Shown: piece by piece, positions 1 through 11,475 of the stretch
Layout of the letters: each line of letters begins with the position of its first letter
How positions within the stretch are numbered: the first letter of the stretch is position 1
Source: Lama guanicoe
Taxonomy: Eukaryota
Length of the DNA stretch: 64,000 nucleotides
Direction of reading: 5' to 3'
Assembly: GCA_013239625.1 (NCBI GenBank)
Contig: MU053216.1
Coordinates: 248,001 to 312,000 of the forward strand
Translations under genes and position numbers: made by a program
The notes under the pieces: model-generated
Database searches by the model: none
The model's input: only the letters and a program-made list of their open reading frames with translations
What the model was told of the DNA's origin: nothing

Positions 1-58
1 CGGCCTCCACTCCCTGCGGACCTCCCGGCCTCCGCTCCCTGCGGACCTCCCGGCCTCC
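1..58. repeat. 25-bp tandem repeat (at least 2.3 copies, may extend upstream of the window)
   Basis: cggcctcc[a/g]ctccctgcggacctcc repeated. Confidence 0.85.
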
Positions 59-389
59 TTGAACAGACCAGCCTCTCCTCCACTGGAAACCTCTGCGGTC
101 CCTGCTGGGGAGTCAGTCCAAGCCCCTTTCCTTGGACTTCAGGGCCCCTTGGACGCGGGCCCCCAGCTGGTGTCCTGGGCATGGGGGCCCGTCAGCACCG
201 CGTCCTCGTTGGTTCTTCTTCTTTGGTGACTTGCTCATCCTGGGGCTTGGACGGTTGGCTCCTTGAGAGAAGGTGTGGCCTTCGCTGCACCTGGGTTGCT
301 TGCAAGGCAGTCCAGGCTCCTCGATTCTGATCCGACCAGGTTACTGAGTGTCTCCTCCGTATCAGACACAGTCAGATTTACTCTGAACT

Positions 390-500
390 TTCACAGCAGT
401 TTTGAGAAGTAGGTATTATTTTCTGAGATTTTTATATGAGGGGGTTGAATTTGAGAGAGATTTGTTTGGAGTCCTCTGGCAGCAGTGGGGTCCCTGGGAT
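390..500 (-). mobile_element. Degenerate MIR fragment
   Basis: gaagtaggtattattttctgagatttttatatgagggggttgaatttgagagag resembles the MIR core. Confidence 0.45.
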
Positions 501-689
501 CACAGCAGGAGCTCCCTGCCTGGCTGCCTCTGGTGGTGTGTGTGTCGGGGGGGGGCAGGGCACCAGGTGGGGCTGTGGCCTTGGCCGTTGGGGTGGGATA
601 GGCTGATGGCATCTGCAGGAAGCTTGCATTCCACTTGGTGGGGAAGGACTGGGCGTGCTCCCCGAGGTCGGGGCAAAGTCAAGAGCCCC

Positions 690-1286
690 TCTCACGACTC
701 CCACTGCACGCTGTGCGGGGGTCTCGCCAGGGCAGCTGAGGAAGAAAAAGGAACAAAAGGCATCTGGACAGAAAGAAAGGTGTGAAACTCTCTCCCTTTG
801 CCTGATCTTGTCAATGGAAAGTTGTGNNNNNNNNNNNNNNNNNNNNNNNNNNNNNNNNNNNNNNNNNNNNNNNNNNNNNNNNNNNNNNNNNNNNNNNNNN
901 NNNNNNNNNNNNNNNNNNNNNNNNNNNNNNNNNNNNNNNNNNNNNNNNNNNNNNNNNNNNNNNNNNNNNNNNNNNNNNNNNNNNNNNNNNNNNNNNNNNN
1001 NNNNNNNNNNNNNNNNNNNNNNNNNNNNNNNNNNNNNNNNNNNNNNNNNNNNNNNNNNNNNNNNNNNNNNNNNNNNNNNNNNNNNNNNNNNNNNNNNNNN
1101 NNNNNNNNNNNNNNNNNNNNNNNNNNNNNNNGCCAGCTCAGCATGTGGCAGGACATGGGGTCAATACACAGAAATGGGCTGAATTTGCACCTGTTAGCAA
1201 TGAACAATCTAAAAACGAAATTAAAGCAATTCTGTTTACAGCAGCATCAAGGAGAATCAAATATCTAGAAATAAATTTAACAAAAG
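690..1286 (+). mobile_element. Old L1 ORF2 fragment interrupted by the assembly gap
   Basis: gaagaaaaaggaacaaaaggcatctggac...aaactctctccctttgc before the gap and gcaatgaacaatctaaaaacgaaattaa...aaatatctagaaataaatttaacaaaag after it resemble consecutive parts of the L1 RT region. Confidence 0.75.
827..1131. other. Assembly gap (305 N)
   Basis: Run of n. Confidence 1.
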
Positions 1287-1363
1287 TGCTGCGGGCAGAG
1301 CTGTCCGCACGTGTGTCTGTGGTGTTCACCCCACCGCTCCGCCCACAGTGTCCTCCTGCAGCC

Positions 1364-1532
1364 ATGAGGAGCATCTTCAAGAGGAACCAGGAGCCTGCGG
1401 TGGCTCCCGCCACCACCGCCGCGCCTGTCGGGCCCGCAGACAACACCACGGAGAGCGGGGGTGCTGGGAAGACCAAGGACGTGTTTGCCAAGATGGGGGA
1501 GCAGTTCTTCAATGACATGAAGCTGATCCCCT
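1364..1532 (+). CDS. SYT2: SYT2 first coding exon, luminal domain (exon starts 1349)
   Basis: Acceptor cag 1346-1348, gccATG at 1364, donor T|gtgagt after 1532; N-glycosylation sequon NTT at 1442-1450. Confidence 0.95.
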
Positions 1533-4500
1533 GTGAGTGCCCCTCGCGCCCGGGGGCCGGGCTGGGGCCCTGTGGGTGGGACGGCTGAGACCCTGCCCGG
1601 ATTACTGGGGGACCCACTTCGGGGGGTGGCAGTGTGGTCTGGCAGTAACGAGGGAAGGAGGGGCTTTATGCCCTGACCACACGCCCAGAGGCAAAATGTT
1701 CCTGTAATGTAGGAGACTGTCGGAAGAGAAGATAAAAAGTGACGGGACAGAAACTGTCATTCACGTTTCTAGCCACACTCTGAAACCGCTTTATTTCAGA
1801 CAATAGAACATAAAAGCCCCCTGCTTCCTGGATTTCTGGCCAGGCCTGGTGCGAGGTCCAGTCCAGGGAGCCAGCCCGCTGGGAGACGGTGCTTCAGGCC
1901 CATCCCCAAAGCCTGCAGGAGCTGAGGGCGCTTGCCTTCCGACCCTCGGCCAGGGCGGACAAGGCCCCACCCACCCTGCAAGGGTCCAAGCAGAGCCTGC
2001 GGTGCAGGCTGCAGCCACCAGGGCCCTGCGGACAGGAGGGCCCCCCGGGGTGTGGCCTGCACGCCAGCCAGTCCTAGGTGTGGGGAGCACATGGGTGGGG
2101 CCGCGGCCTCGCCCAGGCCTCTGGGGGCTGCGGGCGGCAGCCTGACGCCGTCTCCCGCGGGCAGTGCCGCCCTGGGCGCTCATCGCCGTTGTGGTGCTCG
2201 TCGGCCTCCTGCTCCTCACCTGCTGCTTCTGCATCTGCAAGAAGTGTTGCTGCAAGAAGAGGAAGAACAAGAAGGAGAAGGGCAAGGGCGCCAAGAGCGC
2301 CATGAGCATGAAGGACATGCGAGGGGGCCAGGTAGGGAGCCCGTCCCCTCGCCCGCAGGTCCCTCCCCTCAGCTCGCAGCAGCCCCGCTTTCCCCAGGGC
2401 TCTTTGGGAGACAGTTCCTGCCCGAGGAACCGGCATGGAGGGTGGAAGGAGGGGCCTGTTTCGAGTCGTCCGCCTTGGAGCGGTGGCCTCCAGTGCGCGC
2501 ATGGGTGTGTGTGAGCACACGTGTGCGTGTGTGCACGTGTGAGCACACGTGTGGGCGTGTGGGCACGTGAGAGTGCGTGTGAGCACACGTGTGCTGGGGC
2601 CCCCCAAAGGGGCGGGTCTGAGCCGCAGGGTCTCTCACCACTGTCTTCTTCCTTCCTCTCCCATCTGCGGTGCACCCGGACTGCACTCCTGGTATGTGTT
2701 GCCCGGGCTGGGGGAGCAGGGGCCATGATGGTGCTGCCCTGCATCCCTTGACGTTCCCTCCTCCCCCAGCCCCCCAGGACGATGACGACGCCGAGACGGG
2801 CCTGACGGAGGGGGAGGGCGAGGGGGAGGAGGAGAAGGAGCCAGAGAACCTGGGGAAGCTGCAGTTCTCCCTGGACTACGACTTCCAGGCCAACCAGGTG
2901 TGTGGGGCCGGAGTGGGGGGCTGGGTCTGCAGGGAGGGGCCCGGCAGGCTGCCCACCGCCCTGGCCACAGAAGTGCCTTCCCAGCTTCGGTTTCTCCAAG
3001 CGTCCCTCCGGCACCGCGCGCCCCCACCCCTGGGCTGACCTGGCCACGCTCTCTCCCCACAGCTCACAGTCGGCGTCCTGCAGGCCGCGGAACTGCCTGC
3101 CCTGGACATGGGGGGCACCTCAGACCCTTACGTCAAAGTCTTCCTCCTCCCAGACAAGAAGAAGAAATATGAGACCAAAGTCCATCGGAAGACACTGAAC
3201 CCTGCCTTCAACGAGACCTTCACCTTCAAGGTCCTCCCAGCCCTTCCCCTGTCCTGTAGGGCAGCTGAGGCCCTGGCCCAGTCCGGCCGGGGACCATGGC
3301 CTCCCCCAGAGCCCGGGGGCTTCTCTCTGAGTCCGCACGGCAGCCCCCACACTGCCCTGAACCTGCCCCTGCCCCTGCCCTGCAGGTGCCGTACCAGGAG
3401 CTGGGGGGCAAGACCCTGGTGATGGCCATCTACGACTTTGACCGCTTCTCCAAACACGACATCATCGGGGAGGTGAAAGTGCCCATGAACACCGTGGACC
3501 TCGGGCAGCCCATCGAGGAGTGGCGGGACCTGCAGGGCGGTGAGAAGGAAGAGGTGAGGTCGGCTCCACACCCCGCCTGGGGCCCTTGTCCCTGGGCAGC
3601 GAGGATGCCCACCTGTGAGCGCGGACAGCGGCCAGGCGCTCAGGTAGACGGGAAACGTCAGCCTTCTCCCCACAGGGAGCCCCCGTGCTCTGGAGGGTCC
3701 CCGCAGGGGCCCGTCTCCCCTTCACCAGATCACTGAGCCCCTGCCGTGCACCAGAAATTCCATTTTAGCCGCCGCCCTGCCAAGCACCGGCCGTCTGTCT
3801 CGGCATAGCCCCCGAGTGCACAGCACCAGGCGCCGAGGGGGCCCAGGCTGCCTGGAGGAAGGGCCAACACCCTGCTCGGGACGTGGGTGTGGTGGGCGGC
3901 CTCGGCCAGGCTCGAGGTCCGACCTTCCTCACATCAGAGGGGACTCAGTCTCAGCGGGATGGGGTCAGCCCTGCTGGAGGCGGGGTGGGGGCGGCTGAGA
4001 TGACCCGCACCCACCCACAGCCAGAGAAGCTGGGTGACATCTGCACCTCCCTGCGCTACGTGCCCACGGCTGGGAAGCTCACTGTCTGCATCCTGGAGGC
4101 CAAGAACCTGAAGAAGATGGACGTGGGCGGCCTCTCAGGTGCGTGTGGAGGCCCTGCTGCTGACGGGGGCACGGCTGGAGCCGCGGATCCCACCCTCCCA
4201 CCTGCTGGGGGAGCGCGTGGGGCAGGGCGCAGGGCCGCTCTGACCGGTGCTCTCCCCGCAGACCCCTACGTGAAGATCCACCTCATGCAGAATGGCAAGA
4301 GGCTCAAGAAGAAGAAGACGACGGTGAAGAAGAAGACCCTGAACCCCTACTTCAACGAGTCCTTCAGCTTCGAGATCCCCTTCGAGCAGATCCAGGTGCG
4401 GGGCGCCGCGGGGCCGGGGCTGGTCTCTCCCTCGTGCTGGGGAGGTGCTCCCCCGGGACGGGTCCTGCCACCGCTACCCTTGAGGCTCTTCATGGAGCAC

Positions 4501-5513
4501 GGGCAGCGTAACGCTGGGCCCGGAGGGTCCTGCTGCCGGAAGCGGAGACGCACGGTTACAGGCCCAGAGCCCGCAGAACGACCCCGCCCCCAGCCGCCCA
4601 GTTTAGACCCCTCCTCAGCCTGTTCCCCCATCTGCCTGACACACCTTCTGAGTGTCTTGCTGGTGCTGGAGAAGCACATGAGAAGACGCCGTCCTTGCTC
4701 CCAAGGAGCTGTGGTCGGGAGGGGCAATATGCAGGGAGAGGGGCTTTGGGGTGCGGGGACCCAGGGGACCATGACAACCCAGCCCCTCCAACTGGTTCAC
4801 CCCAAACGCCCCCACTTCCACCCCCACCACATGGCCAGCTCCAGACCTTTAGTGTCCACCGCTGAGACCCCCACAGCCCTGACTGGGGTCCCCCCTCCAG
4901 GCCTTCCTCCTGCAGCGACTCTCCCACCAAGACCCGGGTCCCCTTCTACAAGGTCCCCGCTGCCCCTCCCGCAGCTTCCCTCCTGGGCTTCTCTCCTGCC
5001 TTCCCTCTGCCTTCACCTCCCGGTTCACACCGCTCCCTCCTGAGGCCTGCCTTGCCGGTGGGGCAGGACGGTCCCCCCACCCTGGGCCCCGCGTTCCCTC
5101 GCTGGCATCCCTAGCACAGCCTTCAGCGCTTTGCGCTGGGAGCTTGGGAGGCAGTGCCTGACCCCTCCCAGGCGCTCGGAGCTTGGAGCTGGAGCGCCAC
5201 TCGGTGAGAGGGGTGGGAACGGAGGTCGTGCCGGCGCTGGAGGCAGGCCCCGGAGAGGCTGGTCAGGGGAGCCGGCCTCCCCGCCCATGCCTGCTGTCCC
5301 CTGCAGAAGGTCCAGGTCGTGGTCACCGTGCTGGACTATGACAAGCTGGGCAAGAACGAGGCCATCGGCAAGATCTTCGTGGGCAGCAGCGCCACGGGCA
5401 CGGAGCTGCGGCACTGGTCCGACATGCTGGCCAACCCCCGCCGGCCCATCGCGCAGTGGCACTCGCTCAAGCCCGAGGAGGAGGTGGACGCGCTTCTGGG
5501 CAAGAACAAGTAG
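1364..5513 (+). CDS. SYT2: Synaptotagmin-2, complete spliced CDS: join(1364..1532,2165..2331,2778..2897,3063..3230,3386..3553,4021..4138,4262..4395,5307..5513), 1251 nt, 416 aa
   Basis: All introns are GT-AG with consistent phases. The translation runs [11 protein letters not shown]...PPWALIA(TM)...[11 protein letters not shown]...C2A ([24 protein letters not shown])...C2B ([20 protein letters not shown])...[18 protein letters not shown], which matches SYT2. Confidence 0.98.
2165..2331 (+). CDS. SYT2: SYT2 exon: transmembrane helix, Cys cluster, basic linker
   Basis: cag|TGCCGCCCTGG...CAG|gtaggg; encodes [41 protein letters not shown]. Confidence 0.96.
2493..2594. repeat. Degenerate (GT/GC/CA)n alternating purine-pyrimidine tract in a SYT2 intron
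   Basis: Repeated gtgtgagcacacgtgtg units. Confidence 0.8.
2778..2897 (+). CDS. SYT2: SYT2 exon: acidic linker and start of C2A
   Basis: cag|GACGATGACGAC...AACCAG|gtgtgt; encodes [40 protein letters not shown]. Confidence 0.96.
3063..3230 (+). CDS. SYT2: SYT2 exon, C2A
   Basis: cag|CTCACAGTC...TTCAAG|gtcctc; encodes [26 protein letters not shown]...ETFTFK. Confidence 0.96.
3386..3553 (+). CDS. SYT2: SYT2 exon, end of C2A
   Basis: cag|GTGCCGTAC...GAAGAG|gtgagg; encodes [25 protein letters not shown]...GGEKEE. Confidence 0.97.
4021..4138 (+). CDS. SYT2: SYT2 exon, start of C2B
   Basis: cag|CCAGAGAAG...CTCTCAG|gtgcgt; encodes [39 protein letters not shown]. Confidence 0.97.
4262..4395 (+). 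CDS. SYT2: SYT2 exon, C2B polybasic region
   Basis: cag|ACCCCTAC...ATCCAG|gtgcgg; encodes [45 protein letters not shown]. Confidence 0.97.
5307..5513 (+). CDS. SYT2: SYT2 last coding exon
   Basis: cag|AAGGTCCAG...AACAAG TAG; encodes [22 protein letters not shown]...[18 protein letters not shown]. Confidence 0.97.
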   Translation, partial: KVQVVVTVLDYDKLGKNEAIGKIFVGSSATGTELRHWSDMLANPRRPIAQWHSLKPEEEVDALLGKNK

Positions 5514-8500
5514 GGCGGCGGCCGGCGCGAGGCGGGCGCTGCGCGGCTCGGCCCAGCTGTGCAGCCCAGAGGCTCCTCCTCCACTGTCCAGTTGTGCCCC
5601 TGCCCCTGTCCTCCCTCCTCTTAAAGACCGCCCTCCCTCCGGTGGCTGTGAGGAGCGGCCCCGCAGAGGCGGAGGAGAAGCCTGGCTCTCATCGCCCCCC
5701 GGGCCTGTCCTTGCTGCATGCCCGCACGCCCTCGCCCCACAGCTCCACCCGGGCCTCGGCCCGCAAGGCTCCTCCTGTTTCCCGAGCGCCTGGACCAGCA
5801 AGATGGCAGCACCTGCTGTTTCCCGGCAGAAGGCAGCGCCGTGGCCGACGACCCGTGTGGGCGGCTCTCCTGGAGGGGGGCTGGGCTGGTGAGGCGTGCG
5901 GGACCCCAACCAAGAGCATCCACTGTGCAAGAGGGCGGCCCTCCTGCGAGAGGCCCCTGCAGCCCCCAGGCGGCTGTGTGGGAAGCCAGGTTTTCCAGAG
6001 CTCGGCCGAACCCTGATGCCAGCCGGGCCTCCCCTCCCCCACTGCCAGGGGCTTTCTGGACAAGAGGACTGAACCCTTGGCTGGACTGGCCTGTCAGTCC
6101 CGGGACAACAGTTCACATCAAACCATGAAGAAGCAGAAGCCCCATTTCCCCGAAACAGCGAATGAAGCCACGGGAGACGGAGGCTGGCACTCACCCCCCA
6201 CTCACGCCTGCGCTTTTCCCTTTTCCTCTGAGTGGAGCAGTGCTATCTGAAGGCCCACTACCTGTTCAGAGCCAGAGCACCTTGAAGGGAAGGTTTCAAT
6301 TCCTTAGTTCCCCCGAGGCCCAGGTAAGAAGGGGAGGACGGGGCGGATGGAACAGAGCCCCCTTCCCCCCTCGCACCTATGGGAGGGGGCTGCGGGGGGG
6401 CTGCCATTCCTTAGGGGGCTTCTCTGTGAGTCCCAAGGAGCCGGCGTCCTTTCCAGATGGTGGTGGAGGACGCCGCACAGTCACTTGTGTGCCCTCCCCT
6501 TTGGTCCCCAGCGTTGATAAAAGCCATATATATGTTAGTCAAGTTTGCACTGAGTCTCCTTCCAAACTTCCGCCTGGGTGAGAGCGTCGGCCCCCACTTG
6601 GCCACCCTGGCCTCCCTTCAGCCCCAGGCCCTCGCCGTCCCTGCACCACAGAACACCCGTGGCTTTCCCAGAGCTCGGACTGTCTCCCCTTTCCCAGAGA
6701 AAACGGCAGCATGGCCTGTCCTGCCCCGTCCTGGCCACCTCGGGTCCCGCGGCTCCTGAGACGGGGCCAGCAGGAGGAAGGTGCCGTGTCTTGGAAGGAA
6801 GGGAGAAGGGCCTGGGTCTCCGCTTGGCCGCGTTCCGTGGTTGGAGTTGCTGGTGAGGAAACCCCTCCACACCAGGAACAGGCTGGGAGGCAGGGCCCCG
6901 CCTGGCCCATCTCAGGACCCCAGCTCCTTCCTGCCCGCGGCCCTCGGCTTTCACTGGGCTGTGTGTGTTTACTAGGACGCGGACGATGCCTGTGAGCTCT
7001 GGTCCTTGGGGCCAGAGTCGTGGGACAAAAGGGAGCCCTCGGGACCTGCGTGACCACAAAGCAGAGTGTCCCGGCCTGGACACCAGGGGTCACTGGACTC
7101 TCCCCCCCTCCCCAGAGCTGTGGGACTTGGTGCTTTCTCAGGGTCTCCCCCGCCGTATCCCACAGACCGTGTCTGCGGCAGCCCCCATCACTCTCACCTG
7201 ACCCTCCCCACGCACCTTCTAGTGCCCCGGGGTCTTCTCTGCCAGGCACACCTCCTCCGCCCTCCCCGCCCGAGACTTGCCTCCCTCCTGACGGGAAGGA
7301 GTGAACAGGAGCTCCTTACGGGTGGGGGGCCGTGTCTGGCAAGGCACAGGGCTGTGGCTTGCCCTGGGCCCCTCTGGTGAGCAGCCTGAGGGGTGGGGAC
7401 AGGTTGCTGAGAGGCTGAGTGGGCATCGGGGTGTCCTCCCTGGGGTCTGGCTGGTCCTGGGTGGGCACTTGGCCTGGACAAGCTGTCCCAGCACAAGGGT
7501 TTGTGAGTTTTCTGCACTTGAGGGTGGTCACTCAAACCCCAGGGCATCTTCCTTGCTATTAGGCGTGCTGCTGGGGGCCAAGTGCTGGGGCGCAGGCCCC
7601 GAGTGGGACGGACAGACTAAGCTTCTGGTGGGGCGGTTCTGGGGCCCCCCCACCCCGGCTGCCAGTTTTCAGTCCTAAGTCTATTCCAGAGAAAGGAAAA
7701 CAGCGGAGGTGATTTTTCACAAAGGGACTGAGACCCATCCCACCCAGAATCTGGAGGTGAGGCCAGAAAGCTCTGTTTTCTGCTCTCTCCTTGAACAATC
7801 ATTTCAGAATGGGAGCTAATCGCCAGGGCCATGGGCAGGTTTTCGGATGCCGGCCGCAGAGCTGAGGTCTGGGGGAAGAAGCCTTGGCAGCCCCAGACGT
7901 GTGGCCAGGTGCCGGGTGTGGATGAGGAATGCCCCCGAGGTCCCTCAGCTGGCGGAGGGGGGACAGCAGGGCCGAAACAGCCTTCTTCTTCCCAGGAAAC
8001 CATATGCATCTTGTGCTTCTGCAGAATCAGTCTGGGACAATTTTGCTGGTCCAGGGCTTCAGCGGGGGGGAGGGGGGACCCCATGGGTCGACCCAGCACC
8101 CTATAAACCTGCTCTCAGTGGGGGTGCTGGGTGAGCAGACAGCTGGTCGGGGAGACAGAGGGTCCCTGTCTTTTCAGTGTCTGGGGTTAATCCTCAGTCT
8201 CCTCAAATTAACCTCAGAGAGGGGGTCCCTGGCGCTCCCACCCCCCAAAAAGGCAGGAAGAGGCAGAGCCAGGAACTGCCCTCCTCCCCCACCACGGACC
8301 CTCCTCCCACCCGCTGCCTGCCTCAGGCTGGTGGAGGCCCTGGGTGCTGGCAGGTGGACGAGTCCCCAGGCTGGGTCGTGGTGGCACACAGCCCCGTGAC
8401 ATGGCTGCCAGCTGTGGCAATGACAGTACAGGGCACCAAGTTAAGTTTGGGTTTCGGGTAAACAAAGAATGCTGAAGTGTCAGTCGGTCCCAGAGGACAC

Positions 8501-10280
8501 ACAGGACACGCTGCCCCTCCCGAAACTCAGACCTAGCTGGCCCCCCGCTGCCTTCCAGCCCTGGCCCCCTGCCGCCCCTGCCCGCCCCCAGCCCCGGGGG
8601 CAGGGACTGGGCGCCAGATCTTACGGCACCCATTTCTCGAGCTGCAATATTGGGAAGGGGACACTGTGACTTGAAGACACAAGAATATATTTTTTAAGTG
8701 ACGACAAAACAAGAACCTTCTGAAGCCGTCTGAGCCTCGTCTGCCCCACGTGTTTAGTCACATACGAAGAACACAGCTGCCCGTAAACGCGCACCCTGAT
8801 CCTGGCAGTCAAGACGCATGTCCCCGAGTCTGCGCAGCCGCATGGCCATGCTGAGCTCTGCCCCCACCCTCTGGGCACAGCCGAGGCAGCGCCTTCAAGT
8901 TCACACCATGTGACGTCCACCCCCTCCCCCGCTTCATCCAACAGACCTGGTCAGAGGCTCGGGGGCCACGGGCTCCCCGCTGGCCGGCCCCCAGCCGCAG
9001 AGCTGGCCCTTGCAGCCCCATATCCAGCCTGGTGTCCGGGTCCCGTCACTCCTGTCTGTATGTGTGGTGGCCCCTTCTGCCCACTGTTCGAATTAACTGA
9101 AAAGCCATAAAGGGGCCTCCTGCTGGAGACTTCCTCCGGGAGCCCCCGTGTCCCTGACTGGCTCCCCACAGGTCACTTGCGAAGGGCTCACCATCGTCAC
9201 CCCTGCCTTCAGCCCCGTGTCGTGTCATGAGGACGGATGGTGCCCAGGGCTTCTGGTGGGGCTCCATGGACGTCCTGGCAGCCCCGCGCCCTCACCTGGG
9301 TTTGATGGTCCAAATCCATCTCCACTGGGTGGACAGGCAGTGGTGGGGGCTCCACAGTTGGGCCCCAAGGAGGCGACCAGGAGTCTCAGAAGCTGTCAGC
9401 AGCTTGGTCTGTGGTCAGGCCCCCAGGACCACCTGGGTTGACAGACTCAGCCCTGCTTACTTAACCCAGTGGCGTTGGGGGCCATGGACAGCGGTGGGTA
9501 GGACCTCGGGGGGAACACAGTGGGCGAAGCTCCCCCACGAGCTCCCTCCTGCTGTCGGGCAGGGAGACCCCTGGAGGGGGCCTCCTCTGAGGGTGGTGGT
9601 GCCGGTCTGGCTTCAAGGGACACTCAGGAGAGACTCCTGCAGACCCTCCGCTAGCTCCCCAGGCCAACACCAGCCAGCTGACCCCTGAGGGAGGAAGGGA
9701 GGTGGGGGGGGACGGAGGGCTGAACCGAGGGACGTGTGCGCCCGGCCTGCAGCCCCAAGCCGGGCACCTGATGGGACGAGGGAGGGGAGGGGGAGTGCTG
9801 GGAGGTGGGCTCCACGCTTTACACACCAGGACCCTTGTGCTGGGGTGTGGAGGGCGATGCCTTCTCAGCCCTGGGACCCTCCCCTCCCCACACCCCCCAG
9901 GGGAGACAGACATGGAGGAGGCAGCTGAGGGCCTGCCTGGCCAGCAAGGTGGCTGTGCTGGGCAAGAGCCCTCCTCAGCTGCTGGGACCCCAGGACCCTT
10001 GTCTAAGGAGCTCAGCGTACTGCCCTGACTCCTCCAAGGTTTTGATTTGCTGCTTCTGAAATCCTGGGATCTGAAAACCTCCAGACCGCAGTGGGCAGGC
10101 CCCAGGCCACCTGGGACTGCACGGCCCCACCAGGACCCTGCTTTTGTCGTCACTGGAAAGACGTGTGTGTAGCCCACCCTCTGGCTCCCGCTTGGCAATG
10201 CCCCCACCCCCCTTACATGGACCCTTGTTCTTGTCTGATCTCTTGTCAAATTGTCATTTTGTAACGAGCTGCATCTCCTT

Positions 10281-10286
10281 ATTAAA
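10281..10286 (+). terminator. SYT2: Probable SYT2 polyadenylation signal (ATTAAA), implying a 3'UTR of about 5514-10300
   Basis: ATTAAA in an AT-rich island (TGTA upstream, GT-rich tract downstream) within otherwise GC-rich sequence. Confidence 0.6.
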
Positions 10287-11469
10287 GAAATGAGCTGAAA
10301 GGAGTGTGGGGTGGGGGTGCCTCTGGTTGTTCCTGCTGGGCTCAAGAAGACCAGACCGGCTCTCCCCAGGTGGGTGGGGGGCACACGGGACCCTCACAGC
10401 CACTTTCTGGAGGAAGGTCTTCGGGGAGGCTGGGGATTTCCTTCCAGCAGAGCTGGGCTCGGGGCCAGCCACAGTCTAAGTCCCAAGAACTCAGGTGGCT
10501 GGCCCCGGGGAACGGGCGTTTGAACAGTGAGAATTCCTGCGAAGTCCTCCATCGCAAAGACCTCCGAGGCAAAGGTGTTGGGGCCAAGGATAGGGTCTCA
10601 AGGATTTTTAAGGAAAGAGGAAGCAGGGCAGGACCCCCTCGCCCCTCACCGACCTGGGTCTCACCTCAACCTCTGGGCCCGTCTCCTGGGTGAGAGCCTG
10701 GTCTCTGCGGCGGGTGGAAGGCAGCACCCGCGCTTGGGTCCACACCCCGGGGCGTGAAGGCAGTCAGGCTGGGCTCGGGGGCGGGTGAGGTGGGCGTTGA
10801 GTCTGTTCGGTGCGAGGGCTGGGCAGACTTTCGGGGACAGCGGGAGGGGCTGGACCTCATGGCCGTTCGGTGATGCCCAGTCTCTGCCAACTGCCAGGTC
10901 CAGTGGGGACCCAGACAACCGACGTTGCTGGCTGGAAGCCCTCATGCCAGACCTGCTCCCGTGCCAGGGCAGTCTGAACTCTCTGTCCACGATTTGGGAC
11001 ATAGCAGCTGAGTGTCCGCAGGGAGGAGGAGTCCCCCCTCCCTGACTGCCTGCAGTCCGACTCAGCGAGGGGGCGAGCAAACCAGAGGGCGCTGGGGCTG
11101 GAGAGGGACCAGCTGCGCGAGGCCAGGTCTGGCCCTCCCCTGAGTTTGGACTTAACCTCCGATGACCTCTCAGCTGCTTTTACAGTTTGGAGCCATGGAG
11201 TGGTTCTGGCTCTCCGGAACCGAGTGGTGGCCTCGGACAGACCACTCTGCACATACAGAGGGCGGACACCCTGGGAGCCTAGGGGCCCACGGTCTGGGCC
11301 CCAGCCACGTGCGAGCATCAGCGCCTGTCATTGGAGGTGGGGCCTCGGTCCTTCTGAGCCCCTGGGACCGAGGGATGACGACATAAAATTAGAACAGCCT
11401 GGCCCAGGTGCGAGATGCTATAAAGCCCATTTCCTACACTGGAGACACAGTCACAAAGTTAAAACATGG

Positions 11470-11475
11470 TTTAAT
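11470..11475 (-). terminator. PPP1R12B: Probable distal PPP1R12B polyadenylation signal (ATTAAA on -)
   Basis: + strand tttaat at the end of an AT-rich block 11440-11650; TTTGTG-type GU-rich element downstream on -. Confidence 0.55.

Noticed and set aside
192-1312. REST/RE1 half-sites (TCAGCACC at ~192; GGACAGCTC on - at ~1304-1312)
   Set aside because: Isolated half-sites without a correctly spaced partner.
655-1588. ORFs running through the N gap
   Set aside because: Artefacts of translating N; only the 1364-1532 part is real SYT2.
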